DNA of 64,000 bases from Felis catus (Eukaryota), in NCBI RefSeq assembly GCF_018350175.1, contig NC_058368.1, positions 63,366,001-63,430,000 on the forward strand, written 5' to 3'. Shown one piece after another: positions 1 through 12,795 of this stretch (positions are counted from its first letter, which is position 1; each line of letters begins with the position of its first letter). The position numbers and the translations under genes are program-made. The notes under the pieces are model-generated. The model was given only the letters and a program-made list of their open reading frames with translations, did not search any database and was not told where the DNA came from.

Positions 1-358
1 TTAAAAGGTGTCCGAATGTTAAGATATTATCCTTTCTGAGTTAAAGATAGGGTAAATTGAATGGGCTACAAACTGTACATTGATATGCTGTGCTGTCTGA
101 ATGTCTTGTGACATACTGGGCTGTCTGAATACACTTTTTCCTAATTTTCACATCTATCACTGCAATACCAAAAACTTCCTACAGCAATCAGGATCCTTTC
201 CCCTCAGAGCTCAGCTAAGGGTCCTATGGCTGCAAATTAGAAATCTCAGAATTTAGTCTTCATTACCTTTCCACCATAATATTTATGACTTCCTGTACAG
301 CTAGTCTTAAGTAACACTTAACCATATGGAAATTGGGGGAAATTTGTTGCATACTTAC

Positions 359-567
359 CTGGAAATTTTAAGTCTGAAAGTTGAGTTGATAGAAAACAAA
401 TCAATTCCTTAATTTCACAGAAATCAGTCACACGTCATTTGAATGAGATAACTGAAGGATGAACATTATCCATCTTTTAATTGTTTCCCCCTATGTTAAA
501 CCATTTGAATAATGCTATCACTCACTTTCTCCTTCTTCCTGAGGAATGGGGTCCAGAATTTTTATGG
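359..567 (-). other. Candidate exon of an unidentified minus-strand transcript (42-nt form 526-567 or 209-nt form 359-567)
   Basis: On the minus strand: acceptor ...tttttaaattatAG|CCATAAA at 567; donors AAA|GTGAGT after 526 and consensus CAG|GTAAGT after 359. Splice signals only; no homology support. Confidence 0.3.
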
Positions 568-827
568 CTATAATTTAAAAATAATAATAATACTATGAAA
601 AATTGTAAACAAATGAATTTCACTTAAGGTTTTACAAGGCTAACAATGACAGCAGTATTTCTTAAGACCCCTTTGATCACAATGTGTGTCTACTATGGAC
701 TTTCTCCAGACCAAGATATTTTTGAAATGCAAAAGATCAGTCTCACTGATCTTTCCTCCTACCACCCACCCCAACCCCTGACCCTGGTCCTGCTTAAAAT
801 ATTTCAATGGCTATCCATTCAGACAGA

Positions 828-1031
828 GCAGGATTTTTCAACCTTGCTACTATTGACAATATAGAAGGGATAATTCTTTGTTCTCGGGGGGCTATGTTTA
901 CTCAATTTAGAAGGTTTAGCCTGGTCTCTACACCCTGGATGCCAATATTAGCTTCCCCAAGTGATGGCAACCAAAAACATCTCCAGACATTGCTAAGCAT
1001 CCCCCAAACTGCCTCCACTTGAGAACCATTG
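828..1031. mobile_element. hAT-Charlie MITE, MER20-like
   Basis: Degenerate termini (caggatttttcaacc ... ttgagaaccattg) and internal caaccaaaaacatctccagacattgc, typical of MER20. Confidence 0.7.
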
Positions 1032-1090
1032 GCACAGTGTATTAAAACCTTAAGAAGTAGCCACATGGTGTTTTCCTACCTACCAAAATC

Positions 1091-1295
1091 TGTATTAGTC
1101 AGAATTCTCCAGAGGAATAGAACCATTAGGATATGTGATGTATATATAGAAAGATTTTATTATAAGGAATTGGCTCACATGATTATGGAGGCTAGTAAGT
1201 CCAAATCTGCAGTATGGACCAGTAGGCTGGAGACCCAGAAGAGCCTTTGGCACAGATGAAGTCAAAGGCAGTTAGCTGGAGAATTCATCTCTCTC
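1091..1295 (-). mobile_element. ERVL LTR fragment, MLT2-like
   Basis: tgtattagtcagaattctccagaggaatagaacc...tataaggaattggctcacatgattatggaggc matches the reverse complement of the MLT2 3' end. Confidence 0.75.
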
Positions 1296-1319
1296 AGCGA
1301 TCCCTTCCCATGATCCCTA

Positions 1320-1672
1320 GGCTTCAGGCACACAGATCTTTCAGTTCCTTGAATATATCTTCTTTCTCATCATAGGGTCTTTGCACAGGATATGCCTGGC
1401 ACTGCTTTTTGCCCACCACACCCTACCCTTAGGCAACTAACTCCTCCTCTCAGCTAATCCTCAACTGCACTTCTGAGAATTCTGCACAATCTTCCTGAGT
1501 AGGTGAAGTCTCCCTATAATTCTCATTCATAGCACTTATGCATCTTCTTCACAGCACTTATCACTGTAAATTCTTTGGGGCTTTTTAATTTTTATCTTGC
1601 TCCATATCCCTAGCATCTAGTGTATAATAGATACTTACCAAATATCTGTTGGCTGACTGAATAAATGAATTA
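1320..1672 (+). mobile_element. L2 LINE 3' fragment
   Basis: Degenerate L2-like sequence ending aatatctgttggctgactgaataaatgaat. Confidence 0.6.
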
Positions 1673-1989
1673 ACATTTACCCAAAATATGGTCTCCTTTT
1701 TCAGATGATTATTGGCTTACTAAGTTGTTGTGATGCTCTAAATCACAAACTTGTATACCATGAATATTAAAAAGTTATTATAGTAATACAGTATGCTTAT
1801 TTGACAAACTTCCATTGTCAACTGCCCATGGGAGTGCTGGAGAAATTGCTAGTACCCTAGATCCCACTGCCACTGTTTCTTATCCCAACACTGTAACATG
1901 CATCACTTTATGTACTATAACATAAAATGCATAATGAACATTTGTATATGCATATTACACATTGAAGAATGTAATGACTTAGGGGAAGG

Positions 1990-2644
1990 TGGGTATGCCA
2001 GTTGTCCATATTTTTGCCTCCAATCTTCAAATTCACCCTTTATTGTCCTGCTTTGTGATACTGGAATTGGAATCAGTGCAGACTTCTCCTTTTCCAGCTG
2101 GCACCATGTTAAGCTTTGTCAGTGGAAGGTGTCAGAGGAGAGGTAGTACCAGAGGAAGAGACTTCTCTTGACTTGATTGCTTTCTGTCTTCTTGCTCCTA
2201 GAGCTCAGCTGCTAGAGGTTATGGGGAGCAGAGTTTATGGGAAGCTAGAGGTTATGGGGAGCAGAGTTTTGCTGGGACTCCAATGGAAGGTTTTCTGAAT
2301 GCCAGTCCCTGCTTGAGTTCCCTGCACACCAGCCCCTGCCAACTGGCTGTGACAAAAGTTGGCCTGGGTGATACAGTGAACTTTTCTGCCAACCAGTGTG
2401 GCCAGCTAGATACACCCTCTCCAATGAAGTCTAAATCTAAGCATTGCAGAAGATGCCCCACTCCAAGTGCATTCCTTCACTGGGTACTGTTTCTCAGCCC
2501 TCATGTATTCTTTGAGTTCTCTTTTATCCCCTCTTAGTGCTGGCTACCCACTTGCTACCAGTTAATAATTCCTTTTTTTTTAAATATTCTCTTTTTAAAT
2601 TACTGGTGTGGATTCTATTTCCTTCCTGGACCTTGCCTAGTACA
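1990..2644 (+). mobile_element. Old ERVL-type solo LTR (family uncertain)
   Basis: LTR-like 3' end (aataattcc...ggtgtggattctatttccttcctggaccttgcctagtaca); contains a 26-bp internal duplication. Left boundary approximate. Confidence 0.4.
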
Positions 2645-3477
2645 GTAGATCAATGAGCAAAAACTTTGAATATATACACACAAACACACACACATACATA
2701 TAGTCTTATTTCAAGACTATTCAACCTTTCTAAGATGAAAAATGTTAGTAAGCAGAACTTTTTAAGGACCTACTGTAATGATCAAAATGCAAGAAACAGA
2801 ATTTTACTTCTGGACAGAGCCCAAGAGGTCACTCAGGCCCTCGTTTTCCAGTTGAAGCATCTTGGTCACTAAGAGGTTAAGTGACTTCATTTACTGAGTG
2901 CTGAGAGGATGCCAGACCCCAGAGGCCTGATAGGAGGCAGCTCCTCCATGAAATGTTCCCACCCCCTATGAGGATACTCTCCAGGAGCTTCACCAGATAT
3001 AAGTCATTGGCTTTTTTATGAGGATCCAAGGGAGGGAGAAAATTCTCTCAAGTCTAAGTACTGGGAGTAATTATGCTTTTTCTAAATAACTGCACTAGAT
3101 TTAGCTCATGGGCAATGTGAATTATGTAACCATTTGTTCCCCGTTTAGGATGGTGGCCAGAAAGCTTGGGGGCAAATCCGTAGCCCTCTCCTGGCAAAGG
3201 GGCAGCACCTCATAACACTCATACCTTTTGCATTCCCATCCTTGCTCAGGCTTTAATCTCAAGTTATTTTCTCCTCTGCTTTTCCATTTGCCTTGACTGA
3301 CTCACATATTTATTATTGTTAACCTGTTGTATATCAGATACTTTAATGTATAGGCTTAAGAAGAGGTTGGCTACAAATGAAATACTGGAGTACAAGTCTT
3401 CAATTTTCCTTATGCTAACCTCAGCATTCTTTTCCTAACAGTTTGCCTGCAATGGAAAAAAAAATTTAAATACTTAC

Positions 3478-3508
3478 CTTCTTCCAAGAATAGGCACACA
3501 CCGGATGC
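3478..3508 (-). other. Candidate 31-nt micro-exon of an unidentified minus-strand transcript
   Basis: Minus strand reads tttcctatAG|GCATCCGGTGTGTGCCTATTCTTGGAAGAAG|GTAAGTA: strong donor, plausible acceptor, GAAGAAG ESE-like end, open in all three frames. Confidence 0.4.
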
Positions 3509-6329
3509 CTATAGGAAATTCATTTAGATATTTCAAAATTTTTCCTGCCATTTGCTTACCTACTAAATACGTTTAATAAATTGCCAATGTCATATCCAAA
3601 TAATAAAAAATGTTGGACTTATCAACTTTCTTAGCAAATCTTTCAATGCAAAGGTATCCAAATTGATAAAGCTTGACTATAACAAAGCTGACCATAGGCT
3701 CAGAAGAGATAGAATTTTATTTTTTCTTATCTGTTCATTGAATTATAGTGTCCAAATTCAGTTTGTTTCAAGGATGGTCATTTAGCAGTATTCCACAAAA
3801 TGTAGGAAAAGAAAATCTCTGTCCTTTTTCTTTACCTTTGTGTTCTTATAATATTTTTTGTGCTGAGTAAACACCTTTCTTTTTGCATGCCTCCCAAGGA
3901 TGGTGAAAGGTAGACAGTCAAAACCTTATTTACACCTGGATCCCCGTATGTTTTTGTACTTCTACATCCTGACTTCTTCACATTTTATTTATCAGCCAAT
4001 GACTCAGACTTCATAGGGGCAAAATAAATATTTGCTGAATAATTGGTAGAGCTGCTACCAAAAATGGGAAATGTTGGAAACAAAGAAGCAATCACAGAAA
4101 TTAAAGTAACTGCAGCTGTAGAAATAGAGGAATTGCATGATAGTCCTGCTCTTCTGCTCATAATTCTTCCAAAGAGAGAAAGATTTTGATTCTCTGTACT
4201 GATGCTAAAAAACAATATACTTTTGGCTTTGTGTGGTTTCAAAGAAATCATCTAAACAGTGTTTTTCTTATTTTCCTTTACTTCAGAGAAACCCAGACAC
4301 TTAATGTCATTGTTAAATATTCATTCTTTTAAGTATCTATGTGAGTATTTGCCAAAGCTTTTGTGCAAATATACCAGGTAATCTTTTGACTCATGTCCCA
4401 GAAAACCTTTGGTGAAACAAGGTCAGGCATGTTGACCTGCCCGCCAGCCTAATGGGGGGAATTCTGGGAAACAGACCGCAGAAACAACGGGCTGAATAAG
4501 AAGTTAGAATGGAGCCATAAGGAACCGATGTCTCTGCTCTCCTCTTGATGTAACCAGTAATTTACTGAGCCTTCCTGCAGTCTCCTATTTAACTGAGTGT
4601 GGCTAACAGATAAACAAGCCCTTTTAGCTATCAGATTTTCCATTTATTCCAGAAAATATAAGATCACTTTTCCATGTCATTCAGTTGACTTATTGGGTTA
4701 ATGCCCTTCATGCCCTTAAACATATTCTTGTGCCTTTTTGTGTTACCCACGTATTGATCTTCAAAACTGAAGTCTTTGTTTCTCTTGAGGCTCTTCTGGG
4801 ATGAAGGAGAACTGATTTAAACCAATGAGGCATGGACCTTTTATTTTGTACACCCTACTTTCGTCACCCTGAACTAACAGAAATCAAAATAGACAAAGGA
4901 ATCAGAAAAGCACATTTCAGACACCATATGCTTTTGGTTGATATTTATCAGAAGAGGCTATTATATTTTCAAGTATATACTGGTCTTGAAAATTAGTTGT
5001 ATTTGAAATTATTCATATGATAATGTTTATTTTTTTAGTGTTATCAATCATTTAAAAATTTCTGATGAGTACTTTTAAGACATTTTAACAAAACAGTCTT
5101 TGCCAGAAGTTTGTAATCCTTTGCTTCAGGAAAGCATATACATTGTGTGAGTTCTCCTGGCATGGTGATGTAGGATCAGGCAGTGATGTGAAAGGCAGTG
5201 CCACAGCAAAAATAGAGCTTTCTGGATTCTGTGCACAAAGAGGAGCCAAGGGAAGCTTAGCTTATGTTGAAATTTGCTGCAGTTATATTTGCTCCTGCTC
5301 TGCATGGTCAGCTTACTTCTGATAAGATGTAGAATCCTTGAGTAATTAAATCAGAACCCTAAACTTCTCACCAGAGAGCCTGTCCAAGTTTACAGTGGCC
5401 CTGGCCATGTAGGCTGGATTACCTGAGCTTCCCCTTGTCAAACACAGAAGTTCCTCAAAGGCTATTTGTAGGATAATGTGAGCAAGTAAACATGAAGAGA
5501 AGCCTGGTTTGCACAATACTTAGCAATATAAATATGACAATTCCTGTTGCTATTTTTGATTCTTACAGAATTACAATAGGAATAAGGAAGCATGGAAATT
5601 CTGTGGCTTAAGTGTGCTTAGTTTTGGGGGTGAAAGTAGAGATAAGAGTTGGTGTGGTTAAAAATAAATGATTCTGTTGCCATGGTTTCCTTTTTTATAA
5701 ATTCTTTTCAACATGAATGGCTTTTGTTGTGTTTAATTTTAGATTCATGCAGATTTTTGACAAATAAGAATTCCTATACATCTGAGAAATGGTTTTTCAA
5801 AAGCTGTAGGGAAAGGTTTTTGGCAGTCTGGCTTAAACATTTCTGAGCAAAATAACCCACAGGGTTCTGGCTTTAGACAACTACCAAAGGAAAATGAATA
5901 AAGAGAATTAGAAGTTAGAGAACCCTTAAGACTATGTTTAACCTTCTGATTAAAACATGAGTTCATATTATTGCAACATTTAAGGGCACGTTGAGTATTG
6001 ATGACTGCCTCTCAGAACCGTAGGAAGACAGGTATCCCTCCAGTGGGATAGCTCTCTTGACAACCAACTCATAAAGGATTATAGGTACAAAATGTTAATT
6101 CAGATAAATATGCATTTATTAATATCAAAGTCTCTAATTGTGTTTTCAGAATCTGTGATATACCTCAAATATGATTCAATTTTCTTGAATAGGGTGCCGA
6201 GATTACTTATAATTTATACCTACTTTAAAATAGCTATGTCTCACTCTTCAAAATTAATAATAGATATTTCAAATACAGAAAACATAAATGAAAATGAAGA
6301 GTTGCCTTTACCAAAGGAATTTTTTTCTT

Positions 6330-6550
6330 TTTTCTTTTTTCTTTTAAGTTTATTTATTTTTGACAGAGACAGAGTGCGAGCATGAGCTGGGGAGGTGCAG
6401 AGAGAGAGAGGGAGACACAGAATCCGAAGTAGGCTCCAGGCTCCAAGCTGTCAGCACAGAGCCTGACATGGGGCTCAAACTCACGAACTGTGGGATCATG
6501 ACCTGGGCCAAAGTCGGACGCTTAACCGACTGAGCCACCCAGGTGCCCCC
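6330..6550 (-). mobile_element. Can-SINE (SINEC_Fc type)
   Basis: tRNA-like head, (CT)n and A-tail on the minus strand; 17-bp TSD aaaggaatttttttctt at 6313-6329 and 6551-6567. Confidence 0.95.
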
Positions 6551-7180
6551 AAAGGAATTTTTTTCTTATGCATTTATTACAGGGTTGTTTCAATAATGAA
6601 ATTCCCTGCAACAATTAGAATAAAATCTTATTTTTTAATTATAATGTATAATACAATTTCTATGTAAACAGTGAACACTGGAATGTTTTCGAATGTTTGT
6701 TTCAAAACATTTGGGTGGCTCAGTCAGTTAAGGATAAGGATAAGTAAAAATTTGATTTTTACTGTTTATTTTCTTTTTCTAAGGATTTTGAAGTTAATCC
6801 TAAGAATCTAATAAAATTAAAAATTTAGAAGTAATAACACATTAAGATACTAAGGGATAGAATTCATTATAACCAAAAGGAAATGAAGAAACCATATTTG
6901 TCATTAAAAACTTATTTTTTAATTCTGTTACTCTGATTTCTATAGTGACTATTTTGTTAATTGTATAGTTAGTGGTTTAGTCTTACTAATTCCATTCTTG
7001 CTTATTTAAAAAAAAACTTTGAAAACTCAGAAAGTAAAAAAGTGATTCTTGTAGTATTCTATTCCAATTAAAGATGAAACAGTACTTCGGGGTATTTCTC
7101 TTGATTTACTCTAAATTTGAATTTACATATACAGATATTGGAGAGTTTTGGGGAGTAGCAGGGAATTTGATTGTGAAGAT

Positions 7181-7207
7181 ATTTCTTTTGTGTGTGTGTT
7201 GGGGGGG

Positions 7208-7254
<47 letters not shown>

Positions 7255-7409
7255 TGCATGGGTGAATGTGGGAGGGGCAGAGGGAGAATCTTAAGCAGAC
7301 TCCATCCCCAGCACAGAGTCCAATACAGGGCTTGATCTTGCAACCATGAGATCATGACCTGAGCTGAAATCAAGAGTCAGACACTTAACCAAGCCACCCA
7401 GGCACCCCC
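7181..7409 (-). mobile_element. Can-SINE with expanded (GA)n and G-run
   Basis: Reverse-complement Can-SINE head ending ccacccaggcacccc; short aagata TSD. Confidence 0.9.
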
Positions 7410-7933
7410 AAGATACTTAATTAATAGCCCAAACAGTGTCCAAGCTGATAAAATAATTATATCATTCTCCACTTCTCTCTGTAGGTATGAAGGAGCTGCT
7501 TCATGTTTTGTAATATTTCTATTATATAACAATTGGACAAAAGAATATTATAAAAATTCAGAGGTTTTGACATTTTCATGGATAGTATACAGCTACTCCT
7601 TTCTAGAATTTATCAAGCATTTGCTCTTTCTAGGGAGATGGAGTGGTCAAGGACATACTTCTTTGATTTGCTCTGAGCTTTGTTTATTGCTGACTTGGAA
7701 AAACAGCTCACCAGGTTTTTCTTGATCTCAGCTTGCCTCTGCCCCAAAGCTAAAAGTCACATGGGCTAAAAGTCATATTGCCCAACCCAGGGGGTTCTGT
7801 GGGTACTAAGTTATTTGGCTTTGCCATAAAAATTCAAGGTAAATACCTCTGGCTATGGCAGACTAAGATAGACTGGTTTTCCCACCAAGCTTTTGACAAG
7901 CTTGACAAAATGCTTTTTAAGAATCTGCTTAAA

Positions 7934-8101
7934 GGAGTGCCTGGGTGACTTGGTTGAGCATCCAACTCTTGATTGCGGCTCAGGTCACAATCCCAGGGTC
8001 ATTGGATTGAGTCCCATATTGGCTCCACAATGAGTGTGGAGCCTACTTGAGATTATTTCTCTTTCTCTCCCTCTGCCTCTTTCTCTTAAAAAAAAAAAAA
8101 A
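7934..8101 (+). mobile_element. Can-SINE (older subfamily)
   Basis: ggagtgcctgggtgact...ggctcaggtca...(CT) tract, A-tail; degenerate tctgctt TSD. Confidence 0.9.
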
Positions 8102-8439
8102 GTCTGCTTGAAGATTTTATAGAGCTCTCAAGGAAGCCAAATTTAAGGAGCCAAGATCCCAAAGGGAAGAGAAATTCATTGGAATGAGCCTCACATTTTA
8201 TGCCACTTTCCCCTTGAGCTATCTGCCTTCCTAATCAACACAGACATAAAGGCTGAGAAATTTAGCAGAATGGGTATATGAAGAGGCAGAGAAGCTGAGA
8301 GAGTTTTCTACAGTCTCAAAGGACTGACAACCCAAAACTTGGGAGTCCAGAACCTGAGTTCTGGAGAGAAGGTAAGCACAAAGAAGTGAACCCAGCAATC
8401 TGATCAGACCTAGAGAGAAAATAGATGATAAATGCAGAT

Positions 8440-11420
8440 ACAATACAAATAATAAAGTTATAAGGCACAGATTTTACAATAACTTGAAAAAATATTAGGC
8501 AAAATGAAGATTTTTTTTATTAGTGTTATATACCAAATGTGTGTGTCCTCCCAAAACTCATATGTTGAAACATAACCCCCAATGTGATGGTATTATAAAA
8601 TGGAGCTTTTTAGAGGTGATTAGGTCATGAGGGTGGAGTGCTCATGAATGGAATTAGTGCCCTTATAAAGGAGCCTCCAGAGAGCTGCCTTGCCCGTTCT
8701 ACCATGTGAAAACACAATGAGAAGATGGCCATTATGAACCAGAAAGTGGCTCTTATCATATACAAAATCTGCCAGCACTTTGATCTTGGACTCCACAGCT
8801 TACAAAACTGTAAGATATAAATCAGTGTTGTTTATATATAAGCCTCTTGTCATAGCTGCATAAATAAACTAGAACAATTAAAATATTGAAATCTATTCAA
8901 AGAAGGAAGCAAATGACTGACCTCTCTAGAACTAAACATTGTGATAAAATGAAATGGGGAATGCAATATATATGTGTGATAATAGGTTAGACACAATGGA
9001 AGGGAGAAAATGACCTGAAAATTAAGTTCATGGAAAATAATATCCAAATTATAGAGAGAACAAAGTAGAAAAGAGACTAAGAATATGGGACAGATGTAAA
9101 AATAGAATATATGTGTAATTAGAGTCCAAAAGGGAAAAATAAGAACAAAAGGTAAAGAACCAATATTTAAAGATTTTATAGCCAAGAAGTCTTCAAAACT
9201 AATAAAAAATATCAAACTATAGATTCAAAAAGCAATAAGAACATCAAGTATGATAAATACAACAACAACACACCTAGGTAAATTACCAAATTTTGCTGAA
9301 AAAAAAATAGAAAAGATATGACCTTCAAACCAGCTAGAGAAAAATTATAAGCTTTTACTTACAAGGACCAAAATATCAAATTTCTCAAAGAAAATGAAAA
9401 TAAAGGAAGGCAAAAAACAATAAAATTACATCTCTTAAGATAAAAAAGAAAAACCTTCCAATCTAGAAATCTATAACCAGTGAAAATATTCTTATAAAAT
9501 GAAGATAAATAAAAATATTTTTAGACAAACTAAAACTACAACAAATTGTTGCCAACAACATGCACAAAATAAATATTAAAAATAACTTTTTTTCAAGCAA
9601 AAGTAAAATTGTGACATATGGAAACACAGAAACTCAGGAAAGAATAAAAGCAATGAAATCTTAAATATGTGGGTAACCTAAATGAATATTGACTGCAAAT
9701 AATGATAATAATTTCACCTTATGTGGCTAAAAAGGTTTTATAGAATTTATTTATTTGTTTATTTATTTTAGAAAATTAACACTATGCCAATATTTTTCAT
9801 TGTGATAAAACAGTATTATAAAATTTGCCATCTTAACCATTTAGTTTTTATAGAATTTAAATGCATGACAACAATAACTCAAAAGACAAGAGGTGACAGT
9901 AAATGGTATTAAAGAATTTTAAGATCTTTATATAGCCTAAAAAGTGATAAAGATTTGATCTCTATATTTTTGTATATATATTTTGATCTATATATATTTG
10001 TGTATATATTTTGATTTCTCATATAATTAGTTAACTCTATGTAACCAAAATTTAAAGGAATAAGTTGGGATGATTAAAAACATTTTATGAAATCCAAAGG
10101 ATGCCAAAAACAAAAAACAAAAATGAACAAGACATAGAACAGTCAGAACAAATAGAAAACAAAGAGTAAGATGATAGAGTCAATGTGAAATGTATCCATG
10201 ATTTACATCACATGTAAGTGGCTTAGTACAAGTGTAAAGCAGTTCAATGGCTTTGGAAAACTGTTTGATAATTTCTTATAAAGGTAAGTGTACCTTTATC
10301 CTATGACCCAGAAATTTCACCCAGTTGTATTTCTCCCAAAAGAAATAGAAATACATGTACATACGAATGTATATAATAACCTTATTCATAATATACAAAA
10401 ACTGGAAATAACTCAATTGTACCTCAACAGGAAAATAGTCATACGGTGTAAATTTACTCAGCAATAAAAAAAGGATATGCTATTTGTATCACATATGTCA
10501 TGTGGAGCAAAGGAGACTATATACAAAAGCTCACAGGCTGTAGAATTAATTTATATGAAATACATATCTAATCTATGGCATCAGAGCTTAGAACAATGTC
10601 TATGCAAGTGGAGATTGCCTGTAATGTGACCAATAGAACTTTTTGGGATGATGTAAATGCTGTTTATATGGGTGTTTACATTTGTAAAAACTCATCATAT
10701 TATATATTTAAGATACAGCTCTGTAAATTTCACTTCAATAAAAAAATTAATAGCAAGCAAACAACAAAACCACACACATAAAGATAAGTGGACTAAATAA
10801 ACAAAAACAAAAGCCTGTCAGACTGGATATAAAAAATCCCAGATTATTACTGTTTACAAGACACATTATAAAGACACATAAAAGGACAAAGAAAGAATGA
10901 AATTAAAAGCATGAAAAAATATATTCTATGCAAATACTAATTCAAAAAAAACTAGTACATATAAATTAATAACAAAGTAGAATTTAAGGGAAGAAGTATT
11001 GCTAAACATAAAAAAATGATGTTCTTTTACATTCCTCCACGAAGAAGATAAAATTCTAAATTTATATGTGCCTAGTAATATATACCTTCAAAATATGTAC
11101 TGCAAAAAATTGCCAGAGTATAGACAAGTAGAATGTCATAGTGAGAAATTTTAAATATATAACCCAGTAATGGGAAAAAAAAGAGACCAAAACTATCATT
11201 AAGGTTATAAAAACTTTGAACAATACTTTTAACACACTTGACCTAACTTACCTAATTTGCAGCAAAGCAACAGCTACTGAAGAATGAACATTCTTTTTCA
11301 AGTAAACATTGTGTATTTATCAAAACTGGCCATATGCACGTCTATAATCCAAGCTGCAAGAAATTCAAAGGATTTTAATCAGACAATATATTTTTTGACT
11401 ATAAAAGAAAGGTAGAAATC
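8440..11420 (+). mobile_element. Ancient L1M relic (ORF1, inter-ORF and start of ORF2), interrupted by younger elements
   Basis: A-rich degenerate L1 ORF1-like motifs (aaactatagattcaaaaagc; aatctagaaatctataaccagtgaaaatattc) and ORF2 endonuclease-like sequence at 10780-11420. It resumes after 12814. A separate L1 3'-end piece lies at about 10245-10745. Confidence 0.7.
8524..8876 (+). mobile_element. MaLR solo LTR, MLT1A/B-like, inserted in the L1 relic
   Basis: TG...CA termini; tgtgtcctcccaaaactcatatgttgaaa...aatgtgatggtatta...gtgcccttataaag; imperfect 5-bp TSD attag/attaa. Confidence 0.85.
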
Positions 11421-12107
11421 AGTTTGCATTCCCACCAACAGTGCAAGAGGGGTTCTTTTTCTCCACATCCTCACCAACACTTGTTGTTTCTTATGTTTTC
11501 TATTTTAGCCATTCTGACAAGTGTGAGGTGATGTATTGCATTGTTGTTTTGATTTGTATTTCCCTGACGATGAGTAATGTTGAGCATCTTTTCATGTGTC
11601 TGTTGGCCATCTGTATATCTTCTTTGGAGAAATGTCTGTTCATGTCTTCTCCCCATTTTTAATTAGATTATTAGATTTCTTGGTGTTGAGTTGTATTAGT
11701 TCTTTATATATTTTGGATATTAACCCTTCATCAGATATGTAATTTGCAACTATCTTCTCCCATTCAGTAGGTTGCCTTTTAGTTTTGTTGATTGTTTCCT
11801 TCACTGTGCAGAAGTTTTTATTTTGATGTAGTCCCAATAGTTTATTTTTGCTTTTATTTCCCTTGCCTCAGGAATCATATCTAGAAAAATGTTGCTATGG
11901 CCAATGTCAGAGAGATTACTGCCTGTGTTTTCTTCAAGGATTTTTATGGTTTGAGGTCTCACATTTAAGTCTTTAATCCATTTGAACTTATTTTTATTGT
12001 ATGGTATTAGAAAGTGGTTCATTTCCATTCTTTTGCATGAAGCTGTCCAGGTTTCCTAACACCATCTGTTGAAGAGACTGTCTTTTTCCCATTGTATATT
12101 CTTTCTT
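11421..12107 (-). mobile_element. Carnivore L1, inverted 5' segment (ORF2 C-terminal region, frameshifted)
   Basis: ORF-track peptides KWIKDLNVRPQTIKILEENTGS and [12 protein letters not shown] are L1 ORF2p C-terminal sequence, split across frames. Confidence 0.92.
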
Positions 12108-12341
12108 ACTGGTGCAACCACTATGGAAAACAGCATGGAGTTGCCTTAAAAACTTAAAAATAGAACTACCCTATTATCCAGTTATCACACTACTAGGTAT
12201 TTACCACCTGCCCTCTTGAATACAGAAACACTAATTCAAAGAGATATAAACCTCTAGGTTTATAGCAGCATTAATTATAATATCCAGATTATGGAAACAG
12301 CCCAAGTGTCCATAGGTTGATGAATAGATAAAGAAGATGTG

Positions 12342-12387
<46 letters not shown>

Positions 12388-12795
12388 ATGTTATTCAGTC
12401 ATAAAAAAATATGAAATCTTGCCATTTGTAATGACATGGATGGAGCTAAGAGTATAATGCTAAGTGAAATAAGTCTGTCAGAGAAAGACAAATACCATAT
12501 GATTATACTCATATGTGGAATTTAAGAAACAAGACAAGCAAAGGTAAAGAGAGAGGCAAAGCCAAGAAACAGACTCTTAACTATAGAGAACAAACCGATT
12601 GTTACCAGAGAGGAGGTGGGTGGGGGGATGGGTGAAATAGGCGATGGGGTTTAAGGAGGGCACTTGGCATGATGAGCACTGGTGATGTAGGGAAGTGTTG
12701 AATCACTATACACCTGAAACCAATATAAAAACGTTAACTATATTGGAATTAAAATTAAAAGTTAATTAAAAATTTAAAAAAATAAAAATGTTGAG
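12108..12795 (+). mobile_element. Carnivore L1 3' segment with 3'UTR, (CA)n and A-rich tail
   Basis: Continues the inverted segment in L1 coordinates (...gaatgcaaact|ggtgcaaccactatggaaaacag); ends in an A-rich tail; degenerate TSD aaaggtagaaatcagt / aaagataaaaatcagt. Confidence 0.9.

Noticed and set aside
3553..3562. Additional minus-strand donor TAG|GTAAGC
   Set aside because: It would define an intron of only about 50 nt before the 3508 acceptor, below the usual mammalian minimum.
3985..4380. 88-aa minus ORF, a short + ORF (MGNVGNKEA...) and a + strand acceptor/donor pair at about 4284-4341
   Set aside because: No recognisable homology and no consistent frame or partner exons; splice-like signals of this quality occur frequently by chance.
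11471..12028. ORFs with real protein similarity
   Set aside because: Frameshifted L1 ORF2p fragments of a truncated, inverted element; not a host gene or an active L1.
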